Shown: one piece after another, positions 1 through 7,596 of the stretch
Position numbering within the stretch: the first letter of the stretch is position 1
Layout: each line of letters opens with the position of its first letter
Notes under the pieces: generated by a model
The model's database searches: none
Told to the model about the DNA's origin: nothing
What the model saw: the letters and a program-made list of their open reading frames with translations, nothing else
Program-made: the position numbers and the translations under genes
IMG/VR virus record: IMGVR_UViG_3300045988_046889
Reading direction: 5' to 3' (one strand)
From: a virus
Length of the DNA: 64,000 nt

Positions 1-129
1 CCAAGTTCCTCTTATTAAAGCTGCCTTAGGTAAATCAACTTTGTCTATATAACATAATAGTCGAGTTCCTTTATAGATAATCTCTAAAGCTACTACATTG
101 TCATCTATTTCTACCACTCTGTTTTTCAT
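1..129 (-). CDS. partial gene (N-terminal 43 codons; C-terminal part lies beyond the window start)
   Basis: ATG at 129..127 on the minus strand, open to the window edge; begins MKNRVVEIDDNVVALEIIYKGTRLLCYIDKVDL; no domain recognised. Confidence 0.3.
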   Translation of the reverse strand, partial: MKNRVVEIDDNVVALEIIYKGTRLLCYIDKVDLPKAALIRGTW

Positions 130-130
130 A

Positions 131-931
131 CTATTTTCTTATTTTACTTAAATCCAAAAATGTAGAAGTATTCCCACCAGTGATTACTGTTGGTACAGTC
201 CCATCCCATTTCTCAATCCACATCTTCTCAAGGATTTCAGGGGTAAGTGCTTGCTGTCTCAACTCATTGGCCTTTTTCTCTGCCTCTGCTGCTACAATAA
301 GCTTCTTGGCTTGTGCCTCTGCTACCTTCACCTCATTCTCCACCTGCATAGCCTGTTGGATAGCTTTATTCTTGGCATTTACTGACTCTACAATGGTCTG
401 AGGATATTTGAGACCTGAAGTGAGTTGTTCTAATTGGAAGTTCTCTTTGGCAAGTGCTTGAGCCAAGTACCTTTCAATAGCATTTTCAATACTGTCCCTT
501 TTACTTACAATATCATCTGTGGTAAACTTGTTTAATTGGATTCTAAAAGCATCCTTTACATAATTATATAGTGTACCACTAATGACTTCACTTAATTCCT
601 TCCTGTATTTCTTGAAGACAGCAGGTGATTTACCATCAATAATCTTCAATGAAACAGTGGGGTCTACAGTGAACTCGGAACCATCCTTTGCATTGATTGT
701 AAAAGGTTCATAATCAATGGTCTGTACATAAGTAGGATACTCATATACTGTAGTGGTCCAAGGATTATACCACACAATGCCAGTTACCAAAGAAGCATCA
801 TCTACCCCCTTGTCATTACCATATAAGTTCACCTTAATGCCCTCACAGCCTGCATCTACCTTCTCCATGCATGATGTTACTGAGAGCATTACAAATAGGG
901 ACAATATCCCTAGAATCAATTTACTTTTCAT
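131..931 (-). CDS. SPFH/band-7 (prohibitin/HflC-like) membrane-anchored protein with signal peptide
   Basis: 266 aa; N-terminal hydrophobic signal ending ...SVTSC (possible lipoprotein); C-terminal half has the Ala/Glu/Lys-rich coiled coil typical of SPFH proteins (AQAKKLIVAAEAEKKANELRQQA). Confidence 0.55.
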   Translation of the reverse strand: MKSKLILGILSLFVMLSVTSCMEKVDAGCEGIKVNLYGNDKGVDDASLVTGIVWYNPWTTTVYEYPTYVQTIDYEPFTINAKDGSEFTVDPTVSLKIIDGKSPAVFKKYRKELSEVISGTLYNYVKDAFRIQLNKFTTDDIVSKRDSIENAIERYLAQALAKENFQLEQLTSGLKYPQTIVESVNAKNKAIQQAMQVENEVKVAEAQAKKLIVAAEAEKKANELRQQALTPEILEKMWIEKWDGTVPTVITGGNTSTFLDLSKIRK

Positions 932-1118
932 CTCTTTTAAATTTAATTGTTGTTAAACATTTTGTTTTAATTGATAAATAGAATATTACTACTATCAAAA
1001 GAAATCCTAATACATTCTCAACAGAATTTGGTATTGACATCATTCCAAGCCCTAATGTGAGCAGGGCAACGAAGATTATAAACCATACAGCAATCTTTGC
1101 TACTATTTCAGCTTTCAT
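921..1118 (-). CDS. small two-TM membrane protein, overlaps the SPFH gene start (possible NfeD-like partner)
   Basis: 65 aa, two hydrophobic helices, 11-nt overlap with the downstream SPFH gene. Confidence 0.4.
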   Translation of the reverse strand: MKAEIVAKIAVWFIIFVALLTLGLGMMSIPNSVENVLGFLLIVVIFYLSIKTKCLTTIKFKRDEK

Positions 1119-1241
1119 ACCACTCCAATTTTCATGTTTTTTTTTGTCAAACTTATATTTACTTAATCAATAGGTTGTAAAAAAAAAGAAAGGTAAGGAT
1201 GTTATCAGTATCCTTACCTTTACTATGAAAATATTCCTTAC

Positions 1242-1676
1242 TTAGTCTCCAAATATCTGATAAGAATATGAAGTACCACCAAGATGCTCTACTGTCCTCT
1301 TCAAGTGAGCCTCAAGCCTTTCTTTTTTATTCATTGCAGACCATTCTCTTGGCTTGAAACATGGAGGACAAGAATCCTTGCTAATCATGTACTCATAAGC
1401 CTCCTTACTCATGTTGATAGTCTGAGTAGCCGGTTTACATTTTCTAGTGTGGAAGGTGATAATCTCAGGATTTTTCCCATTCTTATCAGTTATCCTCGCA
1501 GAGCCTTTGGTCATCTTGTCCAAATCTTCAGTTTGAACATAGATGGTCTTCTTAAATACTTTACCAGATTTGGTTTTTCTCTCAATGACTTTTCGAGTTG
1601 TTTTAAGGCACTCCTCCTTGCTGAGCATTGTACTTCCTTGAAGTTCAATACTTAGACTTAATTTGATTTCACTCAT
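1242..1676 (-). CDS. hypothetical protein
   Basis: 144-aa ORF with ATG start, tightly packed with neighbours. Confidence 0.5.
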   Translation of the reverse strand: MSEIKLSLSIELQGSTMLSKEECLKTTRKVIERKTKSGKVFKKTIYVQTEDLDKMTKGSARITDKNGKNPEIITFHTRKCKPATQTINMSKEAYEYMISKDSCPPCFKPREWSAMNKKERLEAHLKRTVEHLGGTSYSYQIFGD

Positions 1677-1684
1677 TATTTTTC

Positions 1685-2005
1685 TTACCTTAAACCTCCG
1701 AAGGTTTGTGCTACGACTTCAAGGGTAATAGCCTCTCTCATTTTCTCAGAAATTACTTTCTGTAACATTAAAGGAAGTTCTGACATCAAGGCTGCGATTA
1801 TCATGCCCTTAGATTGGGCATCCTTTAATCTGCTAAACTCAATCAGACAGTTATCCAGCACATCCTCTGTACAACTGTCCCCTGTTGCTTTCCCAATCTC
1901 GATGACTCCTTCCCTAAACCTTTGTCTTGTTCTCAATGACATGCTTGTTCCTGGTGCCTTCTCTACTTTCTGTTTCAGGCCCTCTTCTTGTTTTTCTTGT
2001 TCCAT
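1685..2005 (-). CDS. hypothetical protein
   Basis: The ORF track begins at a TTG at 2026; the first in-frame ATG (MEQEKQEEG...) is at 2005. Confidence 0.45.
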   Translation of the reverse strand: MEQEKQEEGLKQKVEKAPGTSMSLRTRQRFREGVIEIGKATGDSCTEDVLDNCLIEFSRLKDAQSKGMIIAALMSELPLMLQKVISEKMREAITLEVVAQTFGGLR

Positions 2006-2032
2006 CACTTTTTTTTTGTAAAACAATATGTG

Positions 2033-2209
2033 TTAAATACCACTACTATTATCATATTTACACTCTATACAGATGTATCCTTCTGGATTGTAAGTACCAC
2101 ACTTAGGGCATTCCCATATATTCCTTACATCCCAGTTTTGAATATACCCTTTGAGTTTTAGTAAATGATTATACTCCTCTACAGGAATAGTTATAGTTTC
2201 CTCTTCCAT
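2033..2209 (-). CDS. small zinc-ribbon protein
   Basis: CPKCG...CIEC four-cysteine motif; the track start is TTG, the ATG is at 2209. Confidence 0.4.
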   Translation of the reverse strand: MEEETITIPVEEYNHLLKLKGYIQNWDVRNIWECPKCGTYNPEGYICIECKYDNSSGI

Positions 2210-2411
2210 TTCCAATGTGTGTCTAATCAATTAAATAAAGAAGACCTATATTCACATACCAGCCTTCTGTAGCAATATTACTATTGCCCAAACTAAAAAC
2301 CAATCTTACTTATGCAAACAAAACTATACCCTTATATGAGTAAGTATCATTATAACTTTCTTTGTACTCCCAACAAGACTTGAACTTGTGTCTTAAAGTT
2401 AAAAGAAATAG

Positions 2412-2485
2412 TGGCTGATGGGGGACTCCAACTCCCAACCTGAGGTTTAGGAAACCTCTGCTCTATGCAGTTGAGCTAATCAGCC
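2412..2485 (-). tRNA. tRNA-Arg(CCT)
   Basis: Reverse complement folds as a cloverleaf: acceptor GGCTGAT/ATCAGCC, anticodon stem GAGGT/ACCTC with loop TTCCTAA; D- and T-loops are atypical (T-loop TTGGAGT). Confidence 0.45.
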
Positions 2486-2752
2486 TTTTGCATTTTCTGT
2501 TAATGAATGACAATTAGGACATAATACTTGAAGATTATCTTCACAGTTATTTTCCGAATTACCATCAATATGATGAATTTGAAGTGGTACTTTATTGGTA
2601 TAAGGATTTACTTCTCCCCATCCACATTTTTCACATTTGTAGTTTACTTTCTCCAGTAAGTAATTTCTTATTGGAGAGCTACAGGTGAATCCATTTGTAC
2701 CATTAATTTCTCCTGATTTCCATGCTTTAATATATTGTTGTTTTTTGTACAT
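2480..2752 (-). CDS. HNH homing endonuclease
   Basis: CEKCGWGE...LQIHHIDGNSENNCEDNLQVLCPNCH = CxxC...HH...N...CxxC HNH motif; the stop codon overlaps the 5' end of tRNA-Arg(CCT). Confidence 0.65.
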   Translation of the reverse strand: MYKKQQYIKAWKSGEINGTNGFTCSSPIRNYLLEKVNYKCEKCGWGEVNPYTNKVPLQIHHIDGNSENNCEDNLQVLCPNCHSLTENAKG

Positions 2753-2841
2753 TGATGCACACTTTCTACTACAATATTTGTTATAGGAAGCTGGATATTT
2801 AATAAAAGATTTACCGCAATATTGACATATTGCAGTATTTG

Positions 2842-3138
2842 CTAACCCCCTATTAAATGTCTCTTTAGGATTAATTTTTCTTCTTCTTGATAATTGTATT
2901 CCAATCCTTGAAGCTGCTTTATAGGAATACCACCTACTGTAATGTCTGTTGTATCCTCACAACAAGGAGATATTGAAACTACCTGCATTGGAGTGCTGTA
3001 CATTGGTGAATCTATTAGGTCATCTATTTTCACCTCGGAATAATCACACAAGAAGGCATATTTCTTTAAATTAGCACCTATAATCTGCCTGGATGTGAGG
3101 TACTCTTTGGTGTAGACTACATAAATTATTCGTGTCAT
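2842..3138 (-). CDS. hypothetical protein
   Basis: 98-aa ORF with ATG start. Confidence 0.45.
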   Translation of the reverse strand: MTRIIYVVYTKEYLTSRQIIGANLKKYAFLCDYSEVKIDDLIDSPMYSTPMQVVSISPCCEDTTDITVGGIPIKQLQGLEYNYQEEEKLILKRHLIGG

Positions 3139-3308
3139 ATTTTATTTACCTAATCTTTTGATTGTAAATACTCCATATTTAAAGGACTTCTTGAGAGCAA
3201 ATTGTAATGCGCTCCCAATAGTCCTTGTACATATGTATTTTCTAACTCTTGAAGGCTTATAGAATGTCACAAGATACTTGTGCTTTCTTTTGAAAATAGA
3301 ATTGATAT

Positions 3309-3524
3309 TCATTTCTTTCTTTTGTATTTGTAGAGCTCTTTCCTAGCTTCTTTGTCATTCCTATAATTAGTTGTAGTGATTTTGCCTGTAATAGATATTA
3401 TACTTATACTGTACTGGAATGCATATTGACCACCAAGTATTATTTCTCTTCCATAGTTGTCTACTATAATTTCTCTAATGAGACAATCACAGTTTTCTTT
3501 GTGATATGTATGCTTTCTTGCCAT
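3309..3524 (-). CDS. hypothetical protein
   Basis: 71-aa ORF with ATG start. Confidence 0.35.
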   Translation of the reverse strand: MARKHTYHKENCDCLIREIIVDNYGREIILGGQYAFQYSISIISITGKITTTNYRNDKEARKELYKYKRKK

Positions 3525-3527
3525 AGC

Positions 3528-3830
3528 TTAATCATCATAAGGTCTGACAAAAGTATATACATATACATCAAGCTCCTCATTATACTCAAACTCATGATAA
3601 GTGTGAAGAGCATTAGCCATTGAAGGCTGCTGATTATTCCTCATCACCCATTCTTCTCTTTCCCAAGAGCCATCATTCATAATAGATTTTATGGCATTGT
3701 GAGCACGAAGATAGTCCTTATCATTGGTCTTGATGTGATACACATGTCTCTGTGTGTAGTCTTTTTGAGACAATTCTGGCTTATACTCTATCTTATAAAG
3801 TATGCCATTATAACATGATATTTTATTCAT
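3528..3830 (-). CDS. hypothetical protein
   Basis: 100-aa ORF with ATG start, 3-nt gap to the upstream gene. Confidence 0.45.
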   Translation of the reverse strand: MNKISCYNGILYKIEYKPELSQKDYTQRHVYHIKTNDKDYLRAHNAIKSIMNDGSWEREEWVMRNNQQPSMANALHTYHEFEYNEELDVYVYTFVRPYDD

Positions 3831-3858
3831 TTGATTGTGAATTACTGTGTAAACTTAT

Positions 3859-3990
3859 TACCAACCGTGGTCTATATATGTTGCCCCATTTATGTAGGCA
3901 TATCTATCATCAAAGGTAAATTCTTTGGTGAATTCTCTGGGATTTTCTTTTGTCTGTGACCCATATTTGTTATTTATTTCTTTACTCATG
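3859..3990 (-). CDS. small hypothetical protein (44 aa)
   Basis: ATG...TAA ORF (MSKEINNKYGSQTKENPREF...) below the 60-aa track threshold. Confidence 0.2.
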
Positions 3991-4295
3991 ACAGATAAAA
4001 TTTGATTGTTTGCTAATTTTTCAAGGATGAATGGTTATTGTACACAGTAAAAACAACTATGTATTACCCCATTTGTTACTTTTCTAATGTGAGGATAATA
4101 GTCTTACTGGAAGGGGTTTGTTTGATAAATTTTACCATCTGATTGTTCCCTTATCTTATTCTATATCACCATGTTAGACCCAATAAGAGTATTACTTATT
4201 GTAAATATTGCTTACTACATAATATGAGGTGTAGCATATCTAAGAAGTTATACTAAGAGGTAACTAATTCCTATTTGTATACTTTCACACAACAA

Positions 4296-4549
4296 ATACT
4301 ATTAATGTCTAAGTGATAAACTTATTAGTGTCTAAGTGATAAACTTATTGATGACTAAATGATAAACTTATTGATATTTAGATAATAAGCTTATTGATAT
4401 TTAGATGATAAACCTATTGATATTTAGATGATAAGCTTATTAGTGTTTAAGTGATAAGCTTATTGATATTTAAGTGATAAACTTATTGATGTTTAAGTGA
4501 CAAGCTTATTAATGTCTAAATGATAAACCTATTAATGTCTAAGTGATAA
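4296..4549. repeat. tandem array of about 11 iterons (22-23 bp) each containing the palindrome ATAAGCTTAT or ATAAACTTAT
   Basis: Units such as ctaagtgataaacttattagtgt / ttagatgataagcttattgatat repeat head-to-tail with no unique spacers. Confidence 0.85.
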
Positions 4550-4604
4550 GATAAGAAATAAGAAAAGGGTAAGCAGGCACTTTTGCCTGCTAACCCTTGA
4601 TACT

Positions 4605-4865
4605 TTAGAAAGTTGCCAATACAGGTGCTCCACCTTGGCCTTCCTCATGAAGAAGCCAGAATTTGTCACCATCAGGAGTAGTAACATTGCTGACCATAGG
4701 ATTATGAGGAATACCTTTGGCTGCTACAGCTCCAGTCTTTGCACCATAGGCAAAGAATAACTTGCCTGTCTTGGGATTCTTTTTAACACTCAGTTTATCT
4801 ACATGCATTACTGCTTTAAACTGCTCAACTGTCAATGTGTCATTGAATACTAAATTTCTTTCCAT
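4605..4865 (-). CDS. hypothetical protein
   Basis: 86-aa ORF with ATG start; last gene of the leftward block. Confidence 0.45.
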   Translation of the reverse strand: MERNLVFNDTLTVEQFKAVMHVDKLSVKKNPKTGKLFFAYGAKTGAVAAKGIPHNPMVSNVTTPDGDKFWLLHEEGQGGAPVLATF

Positions 4866-5056
4866 AATGTAATTTGTTAATTGTTAATAATGTGAATTTT
4901 TAACCTGAGGGGGTAGGACCCCCATGGGCTAAGTGATGGGGGAGGTGAGGTTGGTGTTACCACCCCTCATAGAAATATCACAAAAAAAAAATATTATAAA
5001 AAAAAAAAATTATTCTAAATTATTGTTACATATTTGCATATATCAGATTTTTTACT

Positions 5057-5064
5057 TACCTTTG
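5057..5064 (+). promoter_or_regulatory. Bacteroidota-type -7 promoter element (TAccTTTG)
   Basis: Matches TAnnTTTG, followed by CAG; lies in the divergent intergenic region after a poly-A tract. Confidence 0.3.
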
Positions 5065-5441
5065 CAGTTGTGTTGGAGTAACAAGTACTTCAGGATAGAG
5101 ATTCATCAACTCTTAAAAGCATAGATGACCCTTTATAATCAGGAGTTTATTTGGGCACAGCAGCTTAGGAAAGCAAAGGATACTAAGAAGGCTACAGGCA
5201 AGTGCCCCACTTGAAGAGGATTACAAATAAGTATTTAGCCGAGCTTTAGGCCAAGTCTTCAAGGGTGGTGTAAAAGACTACAGAGATAACACAGAGTGAG
5301 AACTAATAATATATAAACGGGGTAAAAGACTGATTATAAGGATGCAAGCCATAATGCTGGCAGGGTCTCTTTATATTTTAAGAAAAGATTTGATAATTCT
5401 AGATTCTGTTGGAATAAGGATAAATAGGTTATATAGATAAG

Positions 5442-5843
5442 ATGATTAAGATAAAAGAAAGTATTAAGTGGTTGTGGCAGCTACCACAAAACATGTTGGC
5501 TTTGTGCATTGAAGGTGTACTATGTAGTACAGCATACAGGGAGGGTGAAGCAGATGGCAATACCATTATAGTGAATAGTGTATTACCTTCAGCTATGTCT
5601 TTGGGAGATTATCTCTTTGTAAACCCTATGTCTTCAGAAAGGACAATTAAGCATGAGTGTGGACACAGTAAGCAATCAGATATATTGGGTCCTTTATATT
5701 TGATAGTAATTGGAGCACCCTCATTACTACATAATATAATACATTCTATATGTAGTAGAGCAGGGTTTAAGTGGGATTACTACAGCTTCTATACTGAGAA
5801 GTGGGCTGACAGATTAGTAGGTATAGACAGGAGTATCTCTTAG
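5442..5843 (+). CDS. small HExxH-motif protein (putative zinc metallopeptidase-like)
   Basis: 133 aa; the motif HECGH sits in the middle of the protein; ATG start. Confidence 0.4.
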   Translation: MIKIKESIKWLWQLPQNMLALCIEGVLCSTAYREGEADGNTIIVNSVLPSAMSLGDYLFVNPMSSERTIKHECGHSKQSDILGPLYLIVIGAPSLLHNIIHSICSRAGFKWDYYSFYTEKWADRLVGIDRSIS

Positions 5844-5939
5844 GTAGATACCTAACCAGCTTATTTTCTCACCTTCTAGTGGAAAATTGCTATAATAAAA
5901 AAAGAGCTGGTAATATTTGGATGTGTGAAAAATAATACT

Positions 5940-5947
5940 TATCTTTG
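5940..5947 (+). promoter_or_regulatory. Bacteroidota-type -7 promoter element (TAtcTTTG) upstream of the tRNA array
   Basis: tatctttgcag about 115 nt upstream of the first tRNA. Confidence 0.4.
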
Positions 5948-6063
5948 CAGTGTCAAAGATAAGAAGATAAGAAATGTGTTTTAGGATTAAAGAAGTACTA
6001 CCTTTTTTTTCTTGATAATCTGTTCATACTTGCGTATTTCTAACATAAAGGTAGTACTTCTTT

Positions 6064-6134
6064 TTCTTTATTTTGTCTTGTGGTGTAAAGGTAACACATG
6101 GGTCTTTGGTCCCCACATTGTAGGTTCAAGTCCT
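6064..6134 (+). tRNA. tRNA-Gln(TTG)
   Basis: acceptor TGTCTTG/CAAGACA, D-stem GTGT/ACAC, anticodon loop CTTTGGT, T-arm GTAGG-TTCAAGT-CCTGC. Confidence 0.5.
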
Positions 6135-6153
6135 GCCAAGACAACAAGAAGAT

Positions 6154-6225
6154 GCCCTCTTAGTACAAAGGACAGTACATAAGTCTTCTAAACTTAGAAT
6201 ATAGGTTCGATTCCTATAGGGGGTA
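6154..6225 (+). tRNA. tRNA-Arg(TCT)
   Basis: acceptor GCCCTCT/AGGGGGT, D-stem GTAC/GTAC, anticodon stem TAAGT/ACTTA with loop CTTCTAA, T-loop TTCGATT. Confidence 0.65.
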
Positions 6226-6233
6226 CTTGTTAT

Positions 6234-6305
6234 GGGGATGTAGACTATGGGTTAGGTCATAGCCCTTTCAAGGCTAAGGATAAGGTTCAAATCCTTACTT
6301 CCCTA
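6234..6305 (+). tRNA. tRNA-Glu(TTC)
   Basis: anticodon stem TAGCC/GGCTA with loop CTTTCAA; U8, D-stem GACT/GGTC; T-arm TAAGG-TTCAAAT-CCTTA. Confidence 0.6.
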
Positions 6306-6310
6306 CTAAT

Positions 6311-6383
6311 AGATTATGTGGTGTAGTGGTCTGCATATCACACTGTCAATGTGAAGGCTAGGGTTCAATTCCCTCATAATCTG
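6311..6383 (+). tRNA. tRNA-Asp(GTC)
   Basis: acceptor (A)GATTAT(G)/(C)ATAATC(T), anticodon stem TCACA/TGTGA with loop CTGTCAA, T-loop TTCAATT. Confidence 0.6.
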
Positions 6384-6443
6384 CCCCGTTTATAAGAAAG
6401 TCCTATATCACAGCGGTGATTAGGCAAATGGAAAGGTAACTGA

Positions 6444-6704
6444 ATGGGATTCAGCCTAGTCTTGAAAACTAAGGGAACAGTAAAATGTTTGGGGGTCGGG
6501 ACCTCATCTTTCCGCATGAATAGCAAAAGAATAGGTAATATAGGAGAAGCTAAAGCTTTAGCTAAATTTGTAGAATTAGGTATCCCTGTTTATATACCAT
6601 TTGGTGACAATGAATCAGCAGACTTAATAGCTGAATTTAATGGTAAACTAAACAAGATACAATGTAAAACTACTGCTGCCATAAGTGAGCAATATGGAGA
6701 GTAA
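6444..6704 (+). CDS. hypothetical small protein inside the tRNA array
   Basis: 86-aa ORF with ATG start; its last codons overlap the 5' end of tRNA-Ser(GCT). Confidence 0.25.
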   Translation: MGFSLVLKTKGTVKCLGVGTSSFRMNSKRIGNIGEAKALAKFVELGIPVYIPFGDNESADLIAEFNGKLNKIQCKTTAAISEQYGE

Positions 6705-6781
6705 ATTGCTGAGGTAGCAATCCCCTCTGCTAAAGGGTGAGTACAATAAAATGTATGTGTTTCGAGTACACTGCTCTCCGC
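6697..6781 (+). tRNA. tRNA-Ser(GCT), long variable arm
   Basis: acceptor GGAGAGT/GCTCTCC (7 bp, one GU), D-stem ATTG/CAAT, anticodon loop CTGCTAA, 16-nt variable arm, T-arm TGTGT-TTCGAGT-ACACT. Confidence 0.5.
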
Positions 6782-6884
6782 AATAAACATTATGTAGGAG
6801 TTAAGGTATGAGGCTGGGTTCTTCCTACTTATATAGGTGTAATAGTGTACATAAAAACTTATGTAAAGCCAGCCAACGATAACA

Positions 6885-6957
6885 TAGTAGTAGCCTAATG
6901 GGTGGGGCACTGCATTTGGGATGCAGAGGATGCAGGTTCGAGTCCTGTCTACTATAC
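6885..6957 (+). tRNA. tRNA-Pro(TGG)
   Basis: acceptor ATAGTAG/CTACTAT, anticodon stem CTGCA/TGCAG with loop TTTGGGA, T-loop TTCGAGT. Confidence 0.65.
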
Positions 6958-6969
6958 TAATCATTAATG

Positions 6970-7042
6970 GGGAGGTAGCATAAATGGATAATGCGCTAGA
7001 TTTGCACTCTGGAAGATTGGGTTCGAGTCCCACCTGCTCCAC
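6970..7042 (+). tRNA. tRNA-Ala(TGC)
   Basis: acceptor GGGGAGG/CTGCTCC including the G3:U70 alanine identity pair; anticodon stem CTAGA/TCTGG with loop TTTGCAC; T-loop TTCGAGT. Confidence 0.65.
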
Positions 7043-7125
7043 ATTGTTTTCTTGTTTTTCATAATACTAAGCTATGCTTGAACCCTCTTTTGGGCAGTTA
7101 GAGGTTAAAGAAACTGCCCTATCAA

Positions 7126-7199
7126 TGCTCCTTAGTTCAGTGGTTCAGAATAGTTCCCTTACAAGGAAAAGGTCATAGGTTCGAGTCCTATAGGAGCAA
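7126..7199 (+). tRNA. tRNA-Val(TAC)
   Basis: acceptor TGCTCCT/AGGAGCA, anticodon loop CTTACAA, T-arm ATAGG-TTCGAGT-CCTAT. Confidence 0.6.
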
Positions 7200-7204
7200 C
7201 TAAT

Positions 7205-7276
7205 GGGGATGTAGCTGGAAGGTCTATGCACTTGGCTGTTAACCAAGAGATAAAAGTTCGATTCTTTTTATCCCCG
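7205..7276 (+). tRNA. tRNA-Asn(GTT)
   Basis: acceptor GGGGATG/TATCCCC, anticodon stem CTTGG/CCAAG with loop CTGTTAA, T-loop TTCGATT. Confidence 0.6.
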
Positions 7277-7284
7277 CAAATTTT

Positions 7285-7356
7285 AGGTTCTTAGTTTAAT
7301 TGGCAAAACACTTCTCTCCAAAAGAAGAGTTATGGGTTCGATTCCTTTAGAATCTG
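7285..7356 (+). tRNA. tRNA-Trp(CCA)
   Basis: acceptor AGGTTCT/AGAATCT, D-stem GTTT/AAAC, anticodon stem CTTCT/AGAAG with loop CTCCAAA, T-loop TTCGATT. Confidence 0.65.
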
Positions 7357-7362
7357 CATTAT

Positions 7363-7434
7363 TGGCACATCTTCTAATGGTCAGGAAGCTACTCTGATAA
7401 GGTAGTAATCAAGGTTCAATTCCTTGTGTGCCAA
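7363..7434 (+). tRNA. tRNA-Ile(GAT)
   Basis: acceptor TGGCACA/TGTGCCA, anticodon stem CTACT/GGTAG with loop CTGATAA, T-arm CAAGG-TTCAATT-CCTTG. Confidence 0.65.
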
Positions 7435-7440
7435 CTATAT

Positions 7441-7512
7441 TCTGATGTACTTCAACGGTAGAAGGCTGCTCTCATAAGGCAGTAGTTAGTGGTTCAAGTC
7501 CACTCATCAGAA
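7441..7512 (+). tRNA. tRNA-Met(CAT) (elongator, initiator or Ile2-type not resolved)
   Basis: acceptor TCTGATG/CATCAGA, anticodon stem CTGCT/GGCAG with loop CTCATAA, T-arm AGTGG-TTCAAGT-CCACT. Confidence 0.65.
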
Positions 7513-7518
7513 CTTCAT

Positions 7519-7592
7519 ACTCACTTAGCTCAGTTGGTTAGAGCAGGAATCTTATACATTCAAGGTCAATGGTTCAAGTCCATTAGTGAGTA
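7519..7592 (+). tRNA. tRNA-Ile(TAT) (tentative)
   Basis: acceptor ACTCACT/AGTGAGT, D-region GCTCAGTTGGTTAGAGC, 4-bp anticodon stem with loop CTTATAC, T-arm AATGG-TTCAAGT-CCATT. Confidence 0.45.
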
Positions 7593-7596
7593 CTAA

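Noticed and set aside
4296-4549. Possible CRISPR array
   Set aside because: The repeat units are directly adjacent with no unique spacers and they vary between copies. This is iteron-like tandem DNA, not repeat-spacer architecture, and there are no cas genes.
4933-5124. 63-aa ORF
   Set aside because: It spans a poly-A/poly-T tract (KKKNYSKLLL...) in the intergenic region, with no start context.
6590-7042. 150-aa minus-strand ORF
   Set aside because: It lies antisense across four well-formed tRNA genes (Ser, Pro, Ala region), so it is almost certainly spurious.
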